Origin: an uncultured Gemmatimonadaceae bacterium
Lineage (GTDB): Bacteria; Gemmatimonadota; Gemmatimonadetes; Gemmatimonadales; Gemmatimonadaceae
Assembly: GCA_963740355.1 (NCBI GenBank)
Contig: CAVUDW010000003.1
Location: 608,001-672,000, forward strand
Direction of reading: 5' to 3'
Length of the DNA stretch: 64,000 nt
Both the position numbers and the translations under genes were made by a program. Of the stretch, positions 38,932 to 50,757 are shown piece after piece; position 1 is the stretch's first letter; each line of letters opens with the position of its first letter. Under the pieces are notes generated by a model. It searched no databases. It was not told the DNA's origin and worked only from the letters and a program-made list of their open reading frames with translations.

Positions 38932-40446
38932 TCACTCGGTACAGGCCTTTCCGAGCGTGACATTGATCGCGCGCGCGTCACGGACCAAGACTGGCCACCA
39001 GTATTCCTTGCAGGTCCAGGGCGCGACGGAAATCGCCGCAGTGCCGATACGCGACATGGCGACGTTCGCACGTGCAAGCAGGATTGCGTCGAGGTAGTTC
39101 ATAGGCTTGGCGCTCGGTCCGCCGACGGACCGCAAGCGAGTGCCGGCGTGATTGGCATCGCCGTAGCGCGAATCGAGGTAGGCCGCGGCGCGCTCGCCCC
39201 ACTCGGGATGCCCGAGGCGCGTCGCAATTTCCGCATCGATCCACGACGCTCGGCGATCGCCCAAGGCCCCGCGGATCATGGCCCGGAGCGCGTACGCTGG
39301 GGCCAACGCATCATCGGACGCGATCGCCGCGTTCAGGGCGTAGCAGACGACGTCGCGATTGCCGCGACTCAAAGCGACAACCGCGAGATCGACCAGCAGC
39401 CGCCCGTCGCGCGGGGCGAGCAACAAGGCGTTGGAGAGCAGTTCTTCTGCGCGGGCATCGTCACCGCGAATGCGGCTGAGCACCGAACGGCGCTGCATGA
39501 CGCCAGGGGTCTCACCATCTTCGCGTGCGACGGAAATGACGAGTGTCTCGGCACGCGGCAGGTCTCCGTGCACCAGGTGCGCGTCGGCCAGCACCAGTTG
39601 TGAGTCGGGGCTGCGCGGTGCGAGCTGCGCTGCGCGTGTGGCAGCGGCGAGGAAGCTGGCCTTCAGGTCCTGTCGTTCATTCGCATCGGATTCGCGGCTC
39701 CATTCGAGCAACGATCGTTCGACCCGCGCACGCCAGCGCCATACATCGGAGAGTGATGGCGCGAGCGCGGAGGCCCGAATCATCGACTCACGCGCACGTG
39801 CCAGGGACACAGGCGTCGATGCGAGGGCCTCGGCAAGGCCGTAGATGTACGCGTCCCCGGCCTCGATGCTGCCGAGCGGTGGCGGTGAGGCACCTAGCGA
39901 TTCGCCGAACTTCGCACCTTCGCGAGCTGCGACCCGCGCCAGCGCGAGGGCGATGCGCATGATGTCGTCGGCGCGGGCCGTGATCCTGGTGCTGGGCGGC
40001 GCGGGCCTCGCGGCACGCCCTGCGGCCCGCAGTGTCCAGGTGACGACGATGCTGTCTCCCGATCGCTGCACGACGGCCGTCAGCAGCTCGGTGCCAGGCG
40101 ACATGCCCTTGGTATCGGTGGCAGCCGCCATCGAGGACGAGATGCGCGTCAGGACTTCGACGGTGGAAAGCACGGCGACGGGGGCGCGTTCGCTGAGCAC
40201 GTCCTGAACCAGCACGATCAGCGCACGGGCGGCGGCGTTATCAGCTTCCGGGAAGAGGCCTTCGGCCATCATTCGCACGGAGACCACAGCCGGCTTGATA
40301 CTGAGGAACGGGAGCGGCACCGGCCGGGCACAGCGGACCGGCTGCACCATCAGCGGAATCTGGGCTGCGAGTACAGACGGCGTGAGCAGGCAGAGGGCGG
40401 CAGTGGCAAGGCCGTGCCGCCCGAACAGGGACTTTCGTGCGGTCAA
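38932..40446 (-). CDS. Secreted TPR-like helical-repeat protein
   Basis: Signal-like N-terminus; repeated A..LAP.S..W/LA helical pairs; follows tadG on the same strand. Confidence 0.6.
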   Translation of the reverse strand: MTARKSLFGRHGLATAALCLLTPSVLAAQIPLMVQPVRCARPVPLPFLSIKPAVVSVRMMAEGLFPEADNAAARALIVLVQDVLSERAPVAVLSTVEVLTRISSSMAAATDTKGMSPGTELLTAVVQRSGDSIVVTWTLRAAGRAARPAPPSTRITARADDIMRIALALARVAAREGAKFGESLGASPPPLGSIEAGDAYIYGLAEALASTPVSLARARESMIRASALAPSLSDVWRWRARVERSLLEWSRESDANERQDLKASFLAAATRAAQLAPRSPDSQLVLADAHLVHGDLPRAETLVISVAREDGETPGVMQRRSVLSRIRGDDARAEELLSNALLLAPRDGRLLVDLAVVALSRGNRDVVCYALNAAIASDDALAPAYALRAMIRGALGDRRASWIDAEIATRLGHPEWGERAAAYLDSRYGDANHAGTRLRSVGGPSAKPMNYLDAILLARANVAMSRIGTAAISVAPWTCKEYWWPVLVRDARAINVTLGKACTE

Positions 40447-40860
40447 TCGAAGCCTGTCATCTGACGAGGATCAGTTTCTGCGCGGTGCCGAGTGTACTCC
40501 ACCGTCCGGTTTTCGCTACCGCCGCGATCGGATTTCCCACCAAGCTACCTTGCGCCTAGTTGTTCGCCATGAGCCCTGCCGCCCGCCACCAATCACACGC
40601 CTCTGCAGTGCTCGTGCTTCTCGGTTGATTCAATCCGCGGAAGCCACACATGAGCCTGAATCCCATCAGCACGTTGATCATTAGCAAACTTCACTGCCAT
40701 CTGCGCCGCGGCTGCGAGTCTGTCTGCTACGTGTGTCGACGGCACGGTAAAGTAATCGCGACAACCAATGGCAATGCCGATCAAGATCGGGCCGCCGAAC
40801 GCGGAGTGCAATTCTATGGCTAATCACTGCTCACGGCATCCGTGTAAACGCTATGAAGCG

Positions 40861-42099
40861 CTACTGCACCAGGACCAATTTCTGTGCGGTACCAATTGTG
40901 TTTCCGAGCGTATTGCCAGGGCCGACTATGGCCTGGGTCACAATCGGATAGCCTACAAGAGTCCCAGCGACGTAGTTGCTCGCTGGCCGGCCCGCGAGAG
41001 CAAGCCAAGGGCAGCTCTCTTGGGGCCTCGCTCGTCCGGGCTGCTGCCCGCCCCGGAAGACGCACATGAGCTGAAATCCTAGCAACACCTGAATCGAAGC
41101 AGAATTGACGCCCGTTTGTCTGGTGGCAGCGATTGTAATCGTTACACCATCTGTGGATAGCGACCCAGGGGCATAGCAGGTTGCATCATTAGCATTTGTC
41201 TGTTCGGCGCAGAGAGGCTGCAGTCCAGCAGGAGGCCGAGGATTCTGTGTGAGCTGCACGTAGTCAGCTGTTCTCGGTACCGCACCCTGCCCTCGCCCAG
41301 GTTGGATTCCGGTTTCTTCCTCAGTCCCACCAGCGGAGTAGTCCGACACACCGTCGCAATTCAGTCCCATTACGGCGTCTTCGTACCTTTTCAATGAACC
41401 GGTATTCGAATTGGTAAGCGCGAGGTAAACGGTATCAGGCGTGCTCGGGTTGCCAAATGGATTGCTGATATTTGGCCCAGCGATTATCGCCATGGTACGC
41501 GCGAGCTCGGGAGTACTGGTACGGCGTGCGAGCTCGTTGACGCCGGCCTGAGTGGTCAGGTAATCTGTCGCGCCACCCAGCAGTCTGCTGATGAAGCTAG
41601 TTGGAAATCCCCAAGGCTTAATGCAGTCTCGCGAAGCTTGATTGGCTATCCATGCCGTCCCCTTCCTCCGGGGCGCGATAGCGCTAACACCGAGGAGGCG
41701 ACCGAAGCTCAGTGTTGTTGGACGCGTAACCGTCACTCTAACGGAGTTGAGCGCAAGGTTCGACCAATCTGGATTCGGCGTGAACTCGCTTCTGATTGGA
41801 TTCCAAAATCCAGCGACGACGTCGCTACTTGTTATGCTGACCGGGGAGCCAAAGGCCCTATTATTGGCGGCAAAGCTCACAGTCCCCGGAGCCGCGGTGA
41901 CCCCGGGCGCCAGCTGAAGACGACGAGCTCCCGCGAGGGCCGCCGCGTCCGCACCAGTCTGGATTTCATTCACACCACCGTACACCCGCGAGAGATCCAG
42001 CGCGAAAGCCGCCATCCCTCCAAGCACAAACAGCAGCACGGCAACCAGCACCAAGGTGGCACCGCGACGCGTACGGAAATTCGACTTGCGCTTATACAT
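40861..42099 (-). CDS. tadG: TadG-like pseudopilin
   Basis: RRGATLVLVAV..AFALDLSR..EIQTGADAAALAGA Tad domain; Cys-containing C-terminal domain. Confidence 0.8.
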   Translation of the reverse strand: MYKRKSNFRTRRGATLVLVAVLLFVLGGMAAFALDLSRVYGGVNEIQTGADAAALAGARRLQLAPGVTAAPGTVSFAANNRAFGSPVSITSSDVVAGFWNPIRSEFTPNPDWSNLALNSVRVTVTRPTTLSFGRLLGVSAIAPRRKGTAWIANQASRDCIKPWGFPTSFISRLLGGATDYLTTQAGVNELARRTSTPELARTMAIIAGPNISNPFGNPSTPDTVYLALTNSNTGSLKRYEDAVMGLNCDGVSDYSAGGTEEETGIQPGRGQGAVPRTADYVQLTQNPRPPAGLQPLCAEQTNANDATCYAPGSLSTDGVTITIAATRQTGVNSASIQVLLGFQLMCVFRGGQQPGRARPQESCPWLALAGRPASNYVAGTLVGYPIVTQAIVGPGNTLGNTIGTAQKLVLVQ

Positions 42100-42186
42100 G
42101 GTCGGCCTCCGCCGGCGCGCATCCGTCGGCAATAAACTGTGTTTCACTCAGTCACCACAACTGCATACTTCGACACAGCGTCACGC

Positions 42187-43137
42187 CTACTCGAACGCAC
42201 CCATGAAGGCGATCGCCGCCGGCCCGAGCACCACGATCATGAGCGCTGGCAGAATCAGGAACGCTAACGGAATAACCATCTTCAGCGCAGCCTGCGCCGC
42301 ACGCTTCTCAGCACGCTGCCGACGCTTCTGGCGCAACGTGTCCGCGTTCACCCGTAATACGCGTCCAATAGATGTGCCCAGCCGCTCGCACTGCACCATG
42401 CTCGAGACGAGTGTTCGAAGTTCTTCCACACCAGTGCGACGATACAGGCTCTGCAGTGCCTGTTCCCGGATCATGCCAGCATTCACGCGCCGGACGACCT
42501 GCGCCATCTCCATCGCCATCTCGGGATGGGCTGAATACAGGTCGCGCGACGTCCGAACCATTGCCGCATCGAGACTGACTCCGGCTTCCACGCACACAAC
42601 CAGGAGGTCGAGCGCGTCGGGCACCGCCTTCCGAATCTTGTCGCAGCGACTCTGCGCCAGCCGGTCGAGCGCGGCCTTCGGGCCGAACAACCCTCCCACG
42701 ATGGAGATCATCACCAGCGAGACATAGTAGACGATGTCATCCTTCGGACCGAACGTCACCGCAAGGATCGGCAGGATCACCAAGGAGGCGACGCGAATCG
42801 CGCCAAAGAGGATCGGTGCCGCCGCGCCGTCGAGACCGGCATGCACGAGCTTCTCAGCAGAGGCCTCACCGGAGAGCAGGTCTGCAGGCATGCGCTCACC
42901 CAACCAGCCAGCCACTCGCGACACGCGATCTTCCTCGGGATTCAGCAGCAGCCGAGCGACCATTCGCTCGGCATCTCCAGTCGTGTCCCCACCCAGGCGC
43001 TCAACAACCTTCTTGCGGCCACGCTCGGCCATCAGTACGTACACCGCCGTGACGACCCCGACGATGGCAGTAATCGCGAAAAAGATAAGGGAGAGAGGAA
43101 TTTCACCCCATGGAAGCGTGAGTGTCTTGTCCATCAC
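42187..43137 (-). CDS. tadC: Tad inner-membrane platform TadC (T2SS-F)
   Basis: PDALDLLVVCVEAGVSLDAA, QCERLGTSI, KRRQRAE, KMVIPL. Confidence 0.9.
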   Translation of the reverse strand: MMDKTLTLPWGEIPLSLIFFAITAIVGVVTAVYVLMAERGRKKVVERLGGDTTGDAERMVARLLLNPEEDRVSRVAGWLGERMPADLLSGEASAEKLVHAGLDGAAAPILFGAIRVASLVILPILAVTFGPKDDIVYYVSLVMISIVGGLFGPKAALDRLAQSRCDKIRKAVPDALDLLVVCVEAGVSLDAAMVRTSRDLYSAHPEMAMEMAQVVRRVNAGMIREQALQSLYRRTGVEELRTLVSSMVQCERLGTSIGRVLRVNADTLRQKRRQRAEKRAAQAALKMVIPLAFLILPALMIVVLGPAAIAFMGAFE

Positions 43138-44102
43138 ATTTCCGTGTCGGCGATCTTCATCATGATGAAAAATCCCACTGCCATCGAGATGATCGCGTAC
43201 GCAATCATCGCATGTCCGGTATCGGTGGTCGTGAGCGGACGCATGTAGTCGGGACTCATGATCGTGATCGCACCATACACAAGGAACGGCAGTGCGGTCA
43301 GGATATACGCCGAAAGCTTCGGCTCGGCGGTCAATGTCTCGACCTGTCCGCGGAACGCCAGTCGCTGCCGCACCATATGCGCAATATTGCCAAGGAGCTC
43401 GGTCAGGTTGCCACCAGTCTCCCGCTGCAGCAGCAGCGACGTCACGAACATCCGCGCATCTTCAGTACCAATGCGTTCCTGTAACGCGATAAGCGCCGTA
43501 CGAACGTCTACGCCAAGGCGAGCCTCGTCATGGAAGCGGACCAGCTCCGGCCCCAACGGTGCAGAGGTTTCCCGGCCGGCAAACTCGATCGCCGCCTGCA
43601 GTGAATAACCCGCCTTGAGAGCGTTGATCAGCAGTTCCAGCGCATCCGGCAGCTGGTCCGTGAAGGCCTTCTTCCGCCTCGCCTTCCGCTGCCGCAGCAC
43701 CAGTAGTGGGATCGGCAGCCCAATCACCAGCCCTGCCAAGCCAAGGACGCCGCCGCCGGCCCACTGTCCTGCCGTGAGGCCGATCAATCCGCTGAGTATC
43801 ACGAACAGGATCACTTCTCCCGGCCGCTGGCGTGACCCCGCCTGCGCAATCTCGCGTTCGAGCCAGAACGCGATGCCGCGCCCGGACAGCAACTGCTCCA
43901 GGACCGGGATGTCGGACACGCGCGAATCGCGCAGGATCGAGATTGGCACTTCGCTGCGGATCACGCCGCCGCCCATGTCACCACCGAGGCGCGCACGCAC
44001 GGAATCTGCGGCCGCGAGGCGTCGACGGTTCACGAAGACGAATCCGCCCACGACCAGCAGCAGCGCGCCGACAAAGACGGAGACGAGGAGAAGCGCGTTC
44101 AT
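43134..44102 (-). CDS. tadB: Tad inner-membrane platform TadB (T2SS-F)
   Basis: QLPDALELL..ALKAGYS, QRETGGNL, LTAEPKLS. Confidence 0.9.
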   Translation of the reverse strand: MNALLLVSVFVGALLLVVGGFVFVNRRRLAAADSVRARLGGDMGGGVIRSEVPISILRDSRVSDIPVLEQLLSGRGIAFWLEREIAQAGSRQRPGEVILFVILSGLIGLTAGQWAGGGVLGLAGLVIGLPIPLLVLRQRKARRKKAFTDQLPDALELLINALKAGYSLQAAIEFAGRETSAPLGPELVRFHDEARLGVDVRTALIALQERIGTEDARMFVTSLLLQRETGGNLTELLGNIAHMVRQRLAFRGQVETLTAEPKLSAYILTALPFLVYGAITIMSPDYMRPLTTTDTGHAMIAYAIISMAVGFFIMMKIADTEM

Positions 44103-44115
44103 CGCTCGACCTTCC

Positions 44116-45558
<1,443 letters not shown>

Positions 45559-45563
45559 TCTTC

Positions 45564-46760
45564 CTACCTCCTCAACAGGCCGAATAGCCTTGAACGACGG
45601 CCGGCGCCATTCGTGCCAGCGGTATCACGGGCCTGTGTCTCCGCAGCCGTCTCGAGCCCGCCGATGAATCGCGTTGCGAGCGCATCGTACGCCTTCGCAA
45701 GCGCCGAGCCTGCAGCATGTCGAAGGAATGGGACACCTTGCGCCTGCGCCTCGCTGGCAACGGCGAAATCATTGGGGAGCCTGCCGTCGATCGTGTGTCC
45801 CAGCACCTTCTGCGCCTCAGCGGGCGTCACGAGATTCGTCGAACCCTCGCGATTGATAACCACGCGGATCTTGTCGTCGCCATATCCCAGCTCGCGGAAG
45901 ATGCCGAGCGAGCGTTTCGCAACCACGAGCGACGACACCTGCAGCTGTGCCACGAGAATGATCTGGTCAGCCGAGTCGAGCGTTGCGACCGTGCGCGCCT
46001 CGAAGGCGTGCTCACAGTCCACGATCGTGTGTTCATAGGACTGCCGGCACTGACCAAGCAGGGCAGACACAACATCCCCCGTCAGGATCGGGGCAATATC
46101 GAGTCGCTCAGTTGCAGCGAGGACGGACAGACCATCCGGTCCCTCTGCGGCAACCGACTCGAGCAGGGCGCGATCGAGTCGATCGACCTTGACCGCCAGT
46201 TCGCCAACATCGTAGTCCGGCTTCATGTTGAGTTGCAGCGCGACATCACCGAGCCCCACGACCAGATCGACGATCGCCACACGACGACCGCGCTTCCGGG
46301 CGATGCCATGCGCGAGGTTCACGGCGATCGTCGTCGCGCCTTGGCCACCCTTGGGGCAAAAGACCGCGGTAACGCTTCCGCGCACCGGAGCCAGAGCCCA
46401 GCGCCGTTCGAGCCGCGCGACAGACGCAGTGAACTCCTCCGTCGTTGCCCGTGACGTCAGAAACTCGGCAATGCCGGCACGCATCGTGTTCAATACGATT
46501 TCGGCGCTCGCCTCCGGCGCCGTACCGATGGCCGCCAGCGCCTGAGCATCGCGCAGCAGCCGCTCCAAAATCACCTTCTCGCCACCCGACACCAACGCCA
46601 CCGGCACGATCAGCAGTTCGTACGCGTGCGACTGCACCGCCTCGAGCGCGGCCCCCAGGGTTGCGCACCGCATCGGCGGTGCAAAGCCCACGCGCACCAA
46701 CGCCGCAACGAGCGGATCAGGCGTCTCGAACGCGCCATCGACCAGCACACACTGTCTCAT
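45564..46760 (-). CDS. cpaE: CpaE/TadZ (degenerate receiver domain + MinD/ParA ATPase)
   Basis: [15 protein letters not shown] deviant Walker A, VDC, VVINR, LPND. Confidence 0.88.
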   Translation of the reverse strand: MRQCVLVDGAFETPDPLVAALVRVGFAPPMRCATLGAALEAVQSHAYELLIVPVALVSGGEKVILERLLRDAQALAAIGTAPEASAEIVLNTMRAGIAEFLTSRATTEEFTASVARLERRWALAPVRGSVTAVFCPKGGQGATTIAVNLAHGIARKRGRRVAIVDLVVGLGDVALQLNMKPDYDVGELAVKVDRLDRALLESVAAEGPDGLSVLAATERLDIAPILTGDVVSALLGQCRQSYEHTIVDCEHAFEARTVATLDSADQIILVAQLQVSSLVVAKRSLGIFRELGYGDDKIRVVINREGSTNLVTPAEAQKVLGHTIDGRLPNDFAVASEAQAQGVPFLRHAAGSALAKAYDALATRFIGGLETAAETQARDTAGTNGAGRRSRLFGLLRR

Positions 46761-46776
46761 CGCGCGACCCGATTCG

Positions 46777-48012
46777 TCAACGTGTCTCTGGAGCGCCGGG
46801 TCGGCGCACCGGATCCGGCCCGGGCGGTGCTGGCAAACGCTTCTGGATCGCGTCAGTGGCCGGTGGCACGATCGGGTCGGGTTTGAGCTGAATCACGTCT
46901 CGTGCCCTTGGCGCGTTCGGATCGAATAGCTCGGGCGTGACGATGATGAGCAACTCCGATTCGTTCTTCTGCCAACGCGTGCTGGAGAACAGTGCGCCGA
47001 GAATCGGCAGGCGCATCAAGCCTGGTATTCCGTCTTTGACGGCTTCGCGTTCTTCGTTGAAGAGGCCGGACAGGATCAGGCTCTGCCCCGGGCGCACATC
47101 GACCGTCGTTCCAAGCCGACGGGTGCGCAGCGCAGGAATGCGGAAGCCACTAAGTAAAAGCGCGTTGCCGAAGTCGAGTGTCGATACTTCCGGCTCAACA
47201 TGAAGCTTGATTAGTGAGTCAGATAGCACCTCGCCGATGAAGTTCAGCTTGATGCCGAATGGCCGGTACTGGATGGTGATCGTGATCTGGCCATTCGCGC
47301 CGGGTTGCGCAATCGGAATCGGAATTTCTCCGCCCGCCAGAAAGCTCGCGGTGTCTCGATTGCCAGCCAAGAGCGTTGGCTCCGCAAGAGAGCGCGCGTT
47401 GCCTTGGCGTTCCTGCGCTGTGATATAGGCTGAGATATCTCCAGTCGACCAACTTGCAACACCGCTTAGGAAACGCGATGTGAGCGAGCTTCCGATTGGC
47501 GGCGCATTGGAGTTGTCCGGTGCCAGTACACCGGTACCACCGGTCTGTGAACCGTCACCCGTGCGATTGGTTCCGCGCGCCGACACGCCATATTCGAGCA
47601 ATGATTCTCGCCGCACCTCTGCGAACTTGACCCCAAGCGCGATCTGGCGCCTCTCGACCGCGCTGTAGACAGTCACGCGCAAGTGTCGTCGGCCGAGCGT
47701 CGGGCCAGAGAGAAGCACGTCAGTCTCGCCCGCCTGCTTCGCATTCACGACCACGCTGCGATCGGTGAGCACGACGACGTCGGCGATCTCCGGGTTCGCA
47801 ATCGTGACCTGCGTCACGGACGATGCGAGATCGATCGGCAACGATCGGCCGACGCCCAGCGCGATTGCCTCGACAGGCGTTGAGCTCGGCACTGGCGGAG
47901 CTGCGACGGGTTGGGCCGCGACAGTTGCCCCCACGACCGATGCAGCAATGAGAGCGAGCGCGATCGTCCTCACCTGCGAAAATGATGCGCGCAACGAACG
48001 GAGTAGCGGCAC
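46777..48012 (-). CDS. cpaC: Tad secretin CpaC/RcpA
   Basis: IANPEIADVV, LAEPTL, ASFLAGGEIPIP, VEPEVSTLD, IPGLMRLPILGALF, ELLIIVTP. Confidence 0.92.
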   Translation of the reverse strand: MPLLRSLRASFSQVRTIALALIAASVVGATVAAQPVAAPPVPSSTPVEAIALGVGRSLPIDLASSVTQVTIANPEIADVVVLTDRSVVVNAKQAGETDVLLSGPTLGRRHLRVTVYSAVERRQIALGVKFAEVRRESLLEYGVSARGTNRTGDGSQTGGTGVLAPDNSNAPPIGSSLTSRFLSGVASWSTGDISAYITAQERQGNARSLAEPTLLAGNRDTASFLAGGEIPIPIAQPGANGQITITIQYRPFGIKLNFIGEVLSDSLIKLHVEPEVSTLDFGNALLLSGFRIPALRTRRLGTTVDVRPGQSLILSGLFNEEREAVKDGIPGLMRLPILGALFSSTRWQKNESELLIIVTPELFDPNAPRARDVIQLKPDPIVPPATDAIQKRLPAPPGPDPVRRPGAPETR

Positions 48013-48098
48013 AGAAGTGGAAGGTCAGGGGAGTGGAACGAAGGACTGGTGGGGTCGGCAACTCGAATCAACTACTGCACCGAAGCATGGGAGATCGA

Positions 48099-49049
48099 TC
48101 AGGGCTTTCTGGTCTTGGCGGTGTCCGAAGCAGGCAACTGCTGCTGCGACATCTGCGAGCCGCGATAGACACGAACGGTGGTGGACTCCGGCTTGGCCGG
48201 CTTTGGTGCCTCTATGACCACTGCCGGCGCCGCAACGGGCTTCGGCGGGACGGCCACAGCAGCGCGGCGTGGTGCCGCCTTAGGCTCCGGGCGCAGATTC
48301 TCCTCCATGCCACGAACAGCATCGCGCCCACCACGCAGCTGTGCCAGCACGTCCTTGGCATCGGCGCCGTCGGTCGAAATCGAGTCGGGATCGCCGTACC
48401 CGCGCATCACGAGTTGGATTGTGCCCTCGCGCATGGCGACCGCGAGCCGCTCAGCTTCATCTGGCGTCACTTCCAGCGCCGCGGTCGCTGCATTCATCGC
48501 CTTGCCGTCAGCGCCAGGCTGCACTTCCGCGCCAATCGACAATACCCGCATGTTGCTCATGAAGAGCTTCGAGACCTGCTCGTTCTTACCATCCTTAGTG
48601 TCGCGCAGAGTCACCAGCACATCGACTCGACTGTTTGGCTGGATCAGGCCATTGAGCCCCGCCACATCGTTGATTCGGACCGCCATCGCGCGCTTACCTG
48701 TCGCGATCTTCACCGCGAGACCCGCCGTCGTTCCGTTTGGAGCGAGACGACCCGGCACCATGGGTTCACCCTTAAAGATTGCCACGCGCGCCACGCGCCC
48801 AATGAGCGAGTCCGGTCCTTCGAAAACACCCGCGGGAACAGTCGCTTCCGGCCACTGCGCGACCGTAAGCGCTGCGGGCGTTAGCGGAGCACCCTCCGGG
48901 ATGTCGAACGCTGCAACCACCACTGCGCGCGTCGCAACGCGCGAATTCGCGCGCATTGTCGTCATCACGCGATAGACGCCAAACGTCGCAGCGCCGGCAA
49001 TCACGAGCGCAAGATAAAGAACAAACCGATAGCGACGTTCACCAATCAT
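48099..49049 (-). CDS. cpaB: Flp pilus assembly protein CpaB/RcpC (SAF domain)
   Basis: VVVAAFDIPEG, GKRAMAVRIN..GL.GLIQPNSRVDVL, LEVTPDEAERL. Confidence 0.92.
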   Translation of the reverse strand: MIGERRYRFVLYLALVIAGAATFGVYRVMTTMRANSRVATRAVVVAAFDIPEGAPLTPAALTVAQWPEATVPAGVFEGPDSLIGRVARVAIFKGEPMVPGRLAPNGTTAGLAVKIATGKRAMAVRINDVAGLNGLIQPNSRVDVLVTLRDTKDGKNEQVSKLFMSNMRVLSIGAEVQPGADGKAMNAATAALEVTPDEAERLAVAMREGTIQLVMRGYGDPDSISTDGADAKDVLAQLRGGRDAVRGMEENLRPEPKAAPRRAAVAVPPKPVAAPAVVIEAPKPAKPESTTVRVYRGSQMSQQQLPASDTAKTRKP

Positions 49050-49085
49050 GATGGATGGCCTGAGAAGCAGGGTACTACCAATGCA

Positions 49086-49559
49086 TTAGGGTACCGGCGA
49101 CAGCTCCCATCGGTACAACGCCGAGACGCTGAGTGTCAGCAACGAAGTGTTGTAGTTGATCAGTCGGAATACTGGCGTGATTGGCGTGAACCGGACTCCG
49201 CTGACTCGTACCGCAACGTTCGTGGCGACTCCAGCTGCACATGATCCAGGCGTTGAAACGGTGATATTCGAGTTTGTCACCGCAATCCCTAGAGGTGTAA
49301 GGTACTGCCTCACGCGACTTTTCATCGAATCTGCCATAGCGCTAGTGCACGGCGTTGTCATAACAGCGCCAGATCGAGCGCCCTCTCGCGCAGCCGCAAA
49401 AAGATTGTTGCGCAGGAAAAACGCACGCCCAAAATCAATGACACCGAAAAGCAGCACGATCAATACCGGGAAGATGATCGCAAACTCCACGACGGCAGCT
49501 CCACGTTCATCTTCGACGGCGCCGAGCTTCATGCTCTGAAGTGAATTCGCGCGAAGCAT
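49086..49559 (-). CDS. tadE: TadE-family pseudopilin
   Basis: ERGAAVVEFAII..LLFGVIDFGR..AAREGAR; TGATG coupling with the peptidase. Confidence 0.9.
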   Translation of the reverse strand: MLRANSLQSMKLGAVEDERGAAVVEFAIIFPVLIVLLFGVIDFGRAFFLRNNLFAAAREGARSGAVMTTPCTSAMADSMKSRVRQYLTPLGIAVTNSNITVSTPGSCAAGVATNVAVRVSGVRFTPITPVFRLINYNTSLLTLSVSALYRWELSPVP

Positions 49560-50086
49560 CAAATGATTCCCATGCGGGGTTGGAACTGCGACCACCACGC
49601 CCAAACACAGCCGACTGAGATCGCGATACCGTACGGAACGCGGTCGTCATCCGGCTCGTCATCAAGTTGAAACTGCGAGAACTTGGAGCGGGCGGCGACC
49701 GCATTTCGCACCTCCGCCGTCCGGAGAAAATACACCGCGACGACGCCACCCGCGATGGCAGTCGCTAGGGCTGCTGTGATACTCAGCGCAGGGCCGAGCC
49801 AAAGCGACGCGGCTGCAAAAAGCTTGACATCGCCTCCACCCATTACGCGCAGCGCTAGAAGCGTCATTCCGAGCACGAAGGAACCGCCAGCTGCGAGCAA
49901 CCCCGCCTGGAGGCTGGCTGGGCCGCGGCCAAACCAGCAGACAAACACGCCAAGTATCGCCATCGACGCGGTCAGCGCGTTCGGAATCCGGCGCGTAAGC
50001 ACATCACATACCGAGGCCGCAAAGAGAAGCAGCAGAAAGACACTGAGTACAACGCCGTTCAGCAATGCGTCAGAATTCAATTCCAT
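49559..50086 (-). CDS. cpaA: A24 prepilin peptidase CpaA/TadV
   Basis: D..RRIPN, MGGGDVKL, VPYGIAI. Confidence 0.92.
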   Translation of the reverse strand: MELNSDALLNGVVLSVFLLLLFAASVCDVLTRRIPNALTASMAILGVFVCWFGRGPASLQAGLLAAGGSFVLGMTLLALRVMGGGDVKLFAAASLWLGPALSITAALATAIAGGVVAVYFLRTAEVRNAVAARSKFSQFQLDDEPDDDRVPYGIAISVGCVWAWWSQFQPRMGII

Positions 50087-50194
50087 AGTTGCTCGGACGA
50101 CCACGTACACCAGAAATTTTCACGACCACTCTTTCAGCGCTTTACCAGAACTTCGGTCAATGCAACACGGCGAAGCCAGGCTCAGGGCATGGGT

Positions 50195-50374
50195 CTAGGG
50201 GCTGCTGATGCGCGTTGCAGTCGAATCGAGCCGAGAACTGACAGACCCGCCCAGCGCTTTTGCGGCCACAATTACGATGACGGCAATCGCTGCCACCAAC
50301 ATGGCATACTCAGCCATGGTCGCTCCGCGCGTCCCCTGCAGCGCACGCTTCAACTCATTAATAGGTTTAGACAT
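50195..50374 (-). CDS. flp: Flp pilin 2 (59 aa, not in the ORF track)
   Basis: Hand translation MSKPINELKRALQGTRG/ATMAEYAMLVAAIAVIVIVAAKALGGSVSSRLDSTATRISSP*. Confidence 0.9.
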   Translation of the reverse strand: MSKPINELKRALQGTRGATMAEYAMLVAAIAVIVIVAAKALGGSVSSRLDSTATRISSP

Positions 50375-50429
50375 GGACGCGGTGCCAATGATTCAAGGGA
50401 TCGGAAAGACGCGACAGGGACCACGACCC

Positions 50430-50465
50430 GATCACGGTGGCCTAATTTTGCAGGCCACCGTGATC
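50430..50465. terminator. Perfect 14-bp stem-loop between flp1 and flp2 (terminator, attenuator or stabiliser)
   Basis: GATCACGGTGGCCT-AATTTTGC-AGGCCACCGTGATC, 10 nt after the flp1 stop; no U-tract on the minus strand. Confidence 0.6.
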
Positions 50466-50475
50466 AAGGATCAAC

Positions 50476-50655
50476 TCACGGGCTAGCGATGGTGGTGGCA
50501 GCTGCATCGAGCTTCGTGCTCACCGATGTACCAAGCGCCTTGGCAGCAACGATCACGACGACTGCGATCACAGCCACCAGAATGGCGTATTCTGCCATCG
50601 TGGCACCACGGGAGTTGCGCACCGCCTTCACAGCACGGGTCATGAGGGACTTCAT
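50476..50655 (-). CDS. flp: Flp pilin 1 (59 aa)
   Basis: MKSLMTRAVKAVRNSRG/ATMAEYAILVAVIAVVVIVAAKALGTSVSTKLDAAATTIASP; GAGGAG RBS. Confidence 0.93.
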   Translation of the reverse strand: MKSLMTRAVKAVRNSRGATMAEYAILVAVIAVVVIVAAKALGTSVSTKLDAAATTIASP

Positions 50656-50740
50656 CGACTGCTCCTCGCAAGGGGGGTGAGTACGGAATGAACGCCGACT
50701 CGGGTAACGTGCCTTCACGTTGGCACAATGGAAGTCCCGG

Positions 50741-50757
50741 AGCAACTTGCATTCCGA
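50741..50757 (-). promoter_or_regulatory. Putative sigma-54 promoter of flp1
   Basis: Minus strand TCGGAATG-CAAG-TTGCT (GG-N10-GC), about 85 nt upstream of the flp1 ATG. Confidence 0.45.

Noticed and set aside
40450..40860. Small ORFs or an ncRNA between tadG and the TPR-like gene
   Set aside because: No convincing coding signal or structure could be identified by eye.
50721..50736. Plus-strand TGGCAC as a sigma-54 promoter
   Set aside because: No GC at the -12 position, and it points away from flp.
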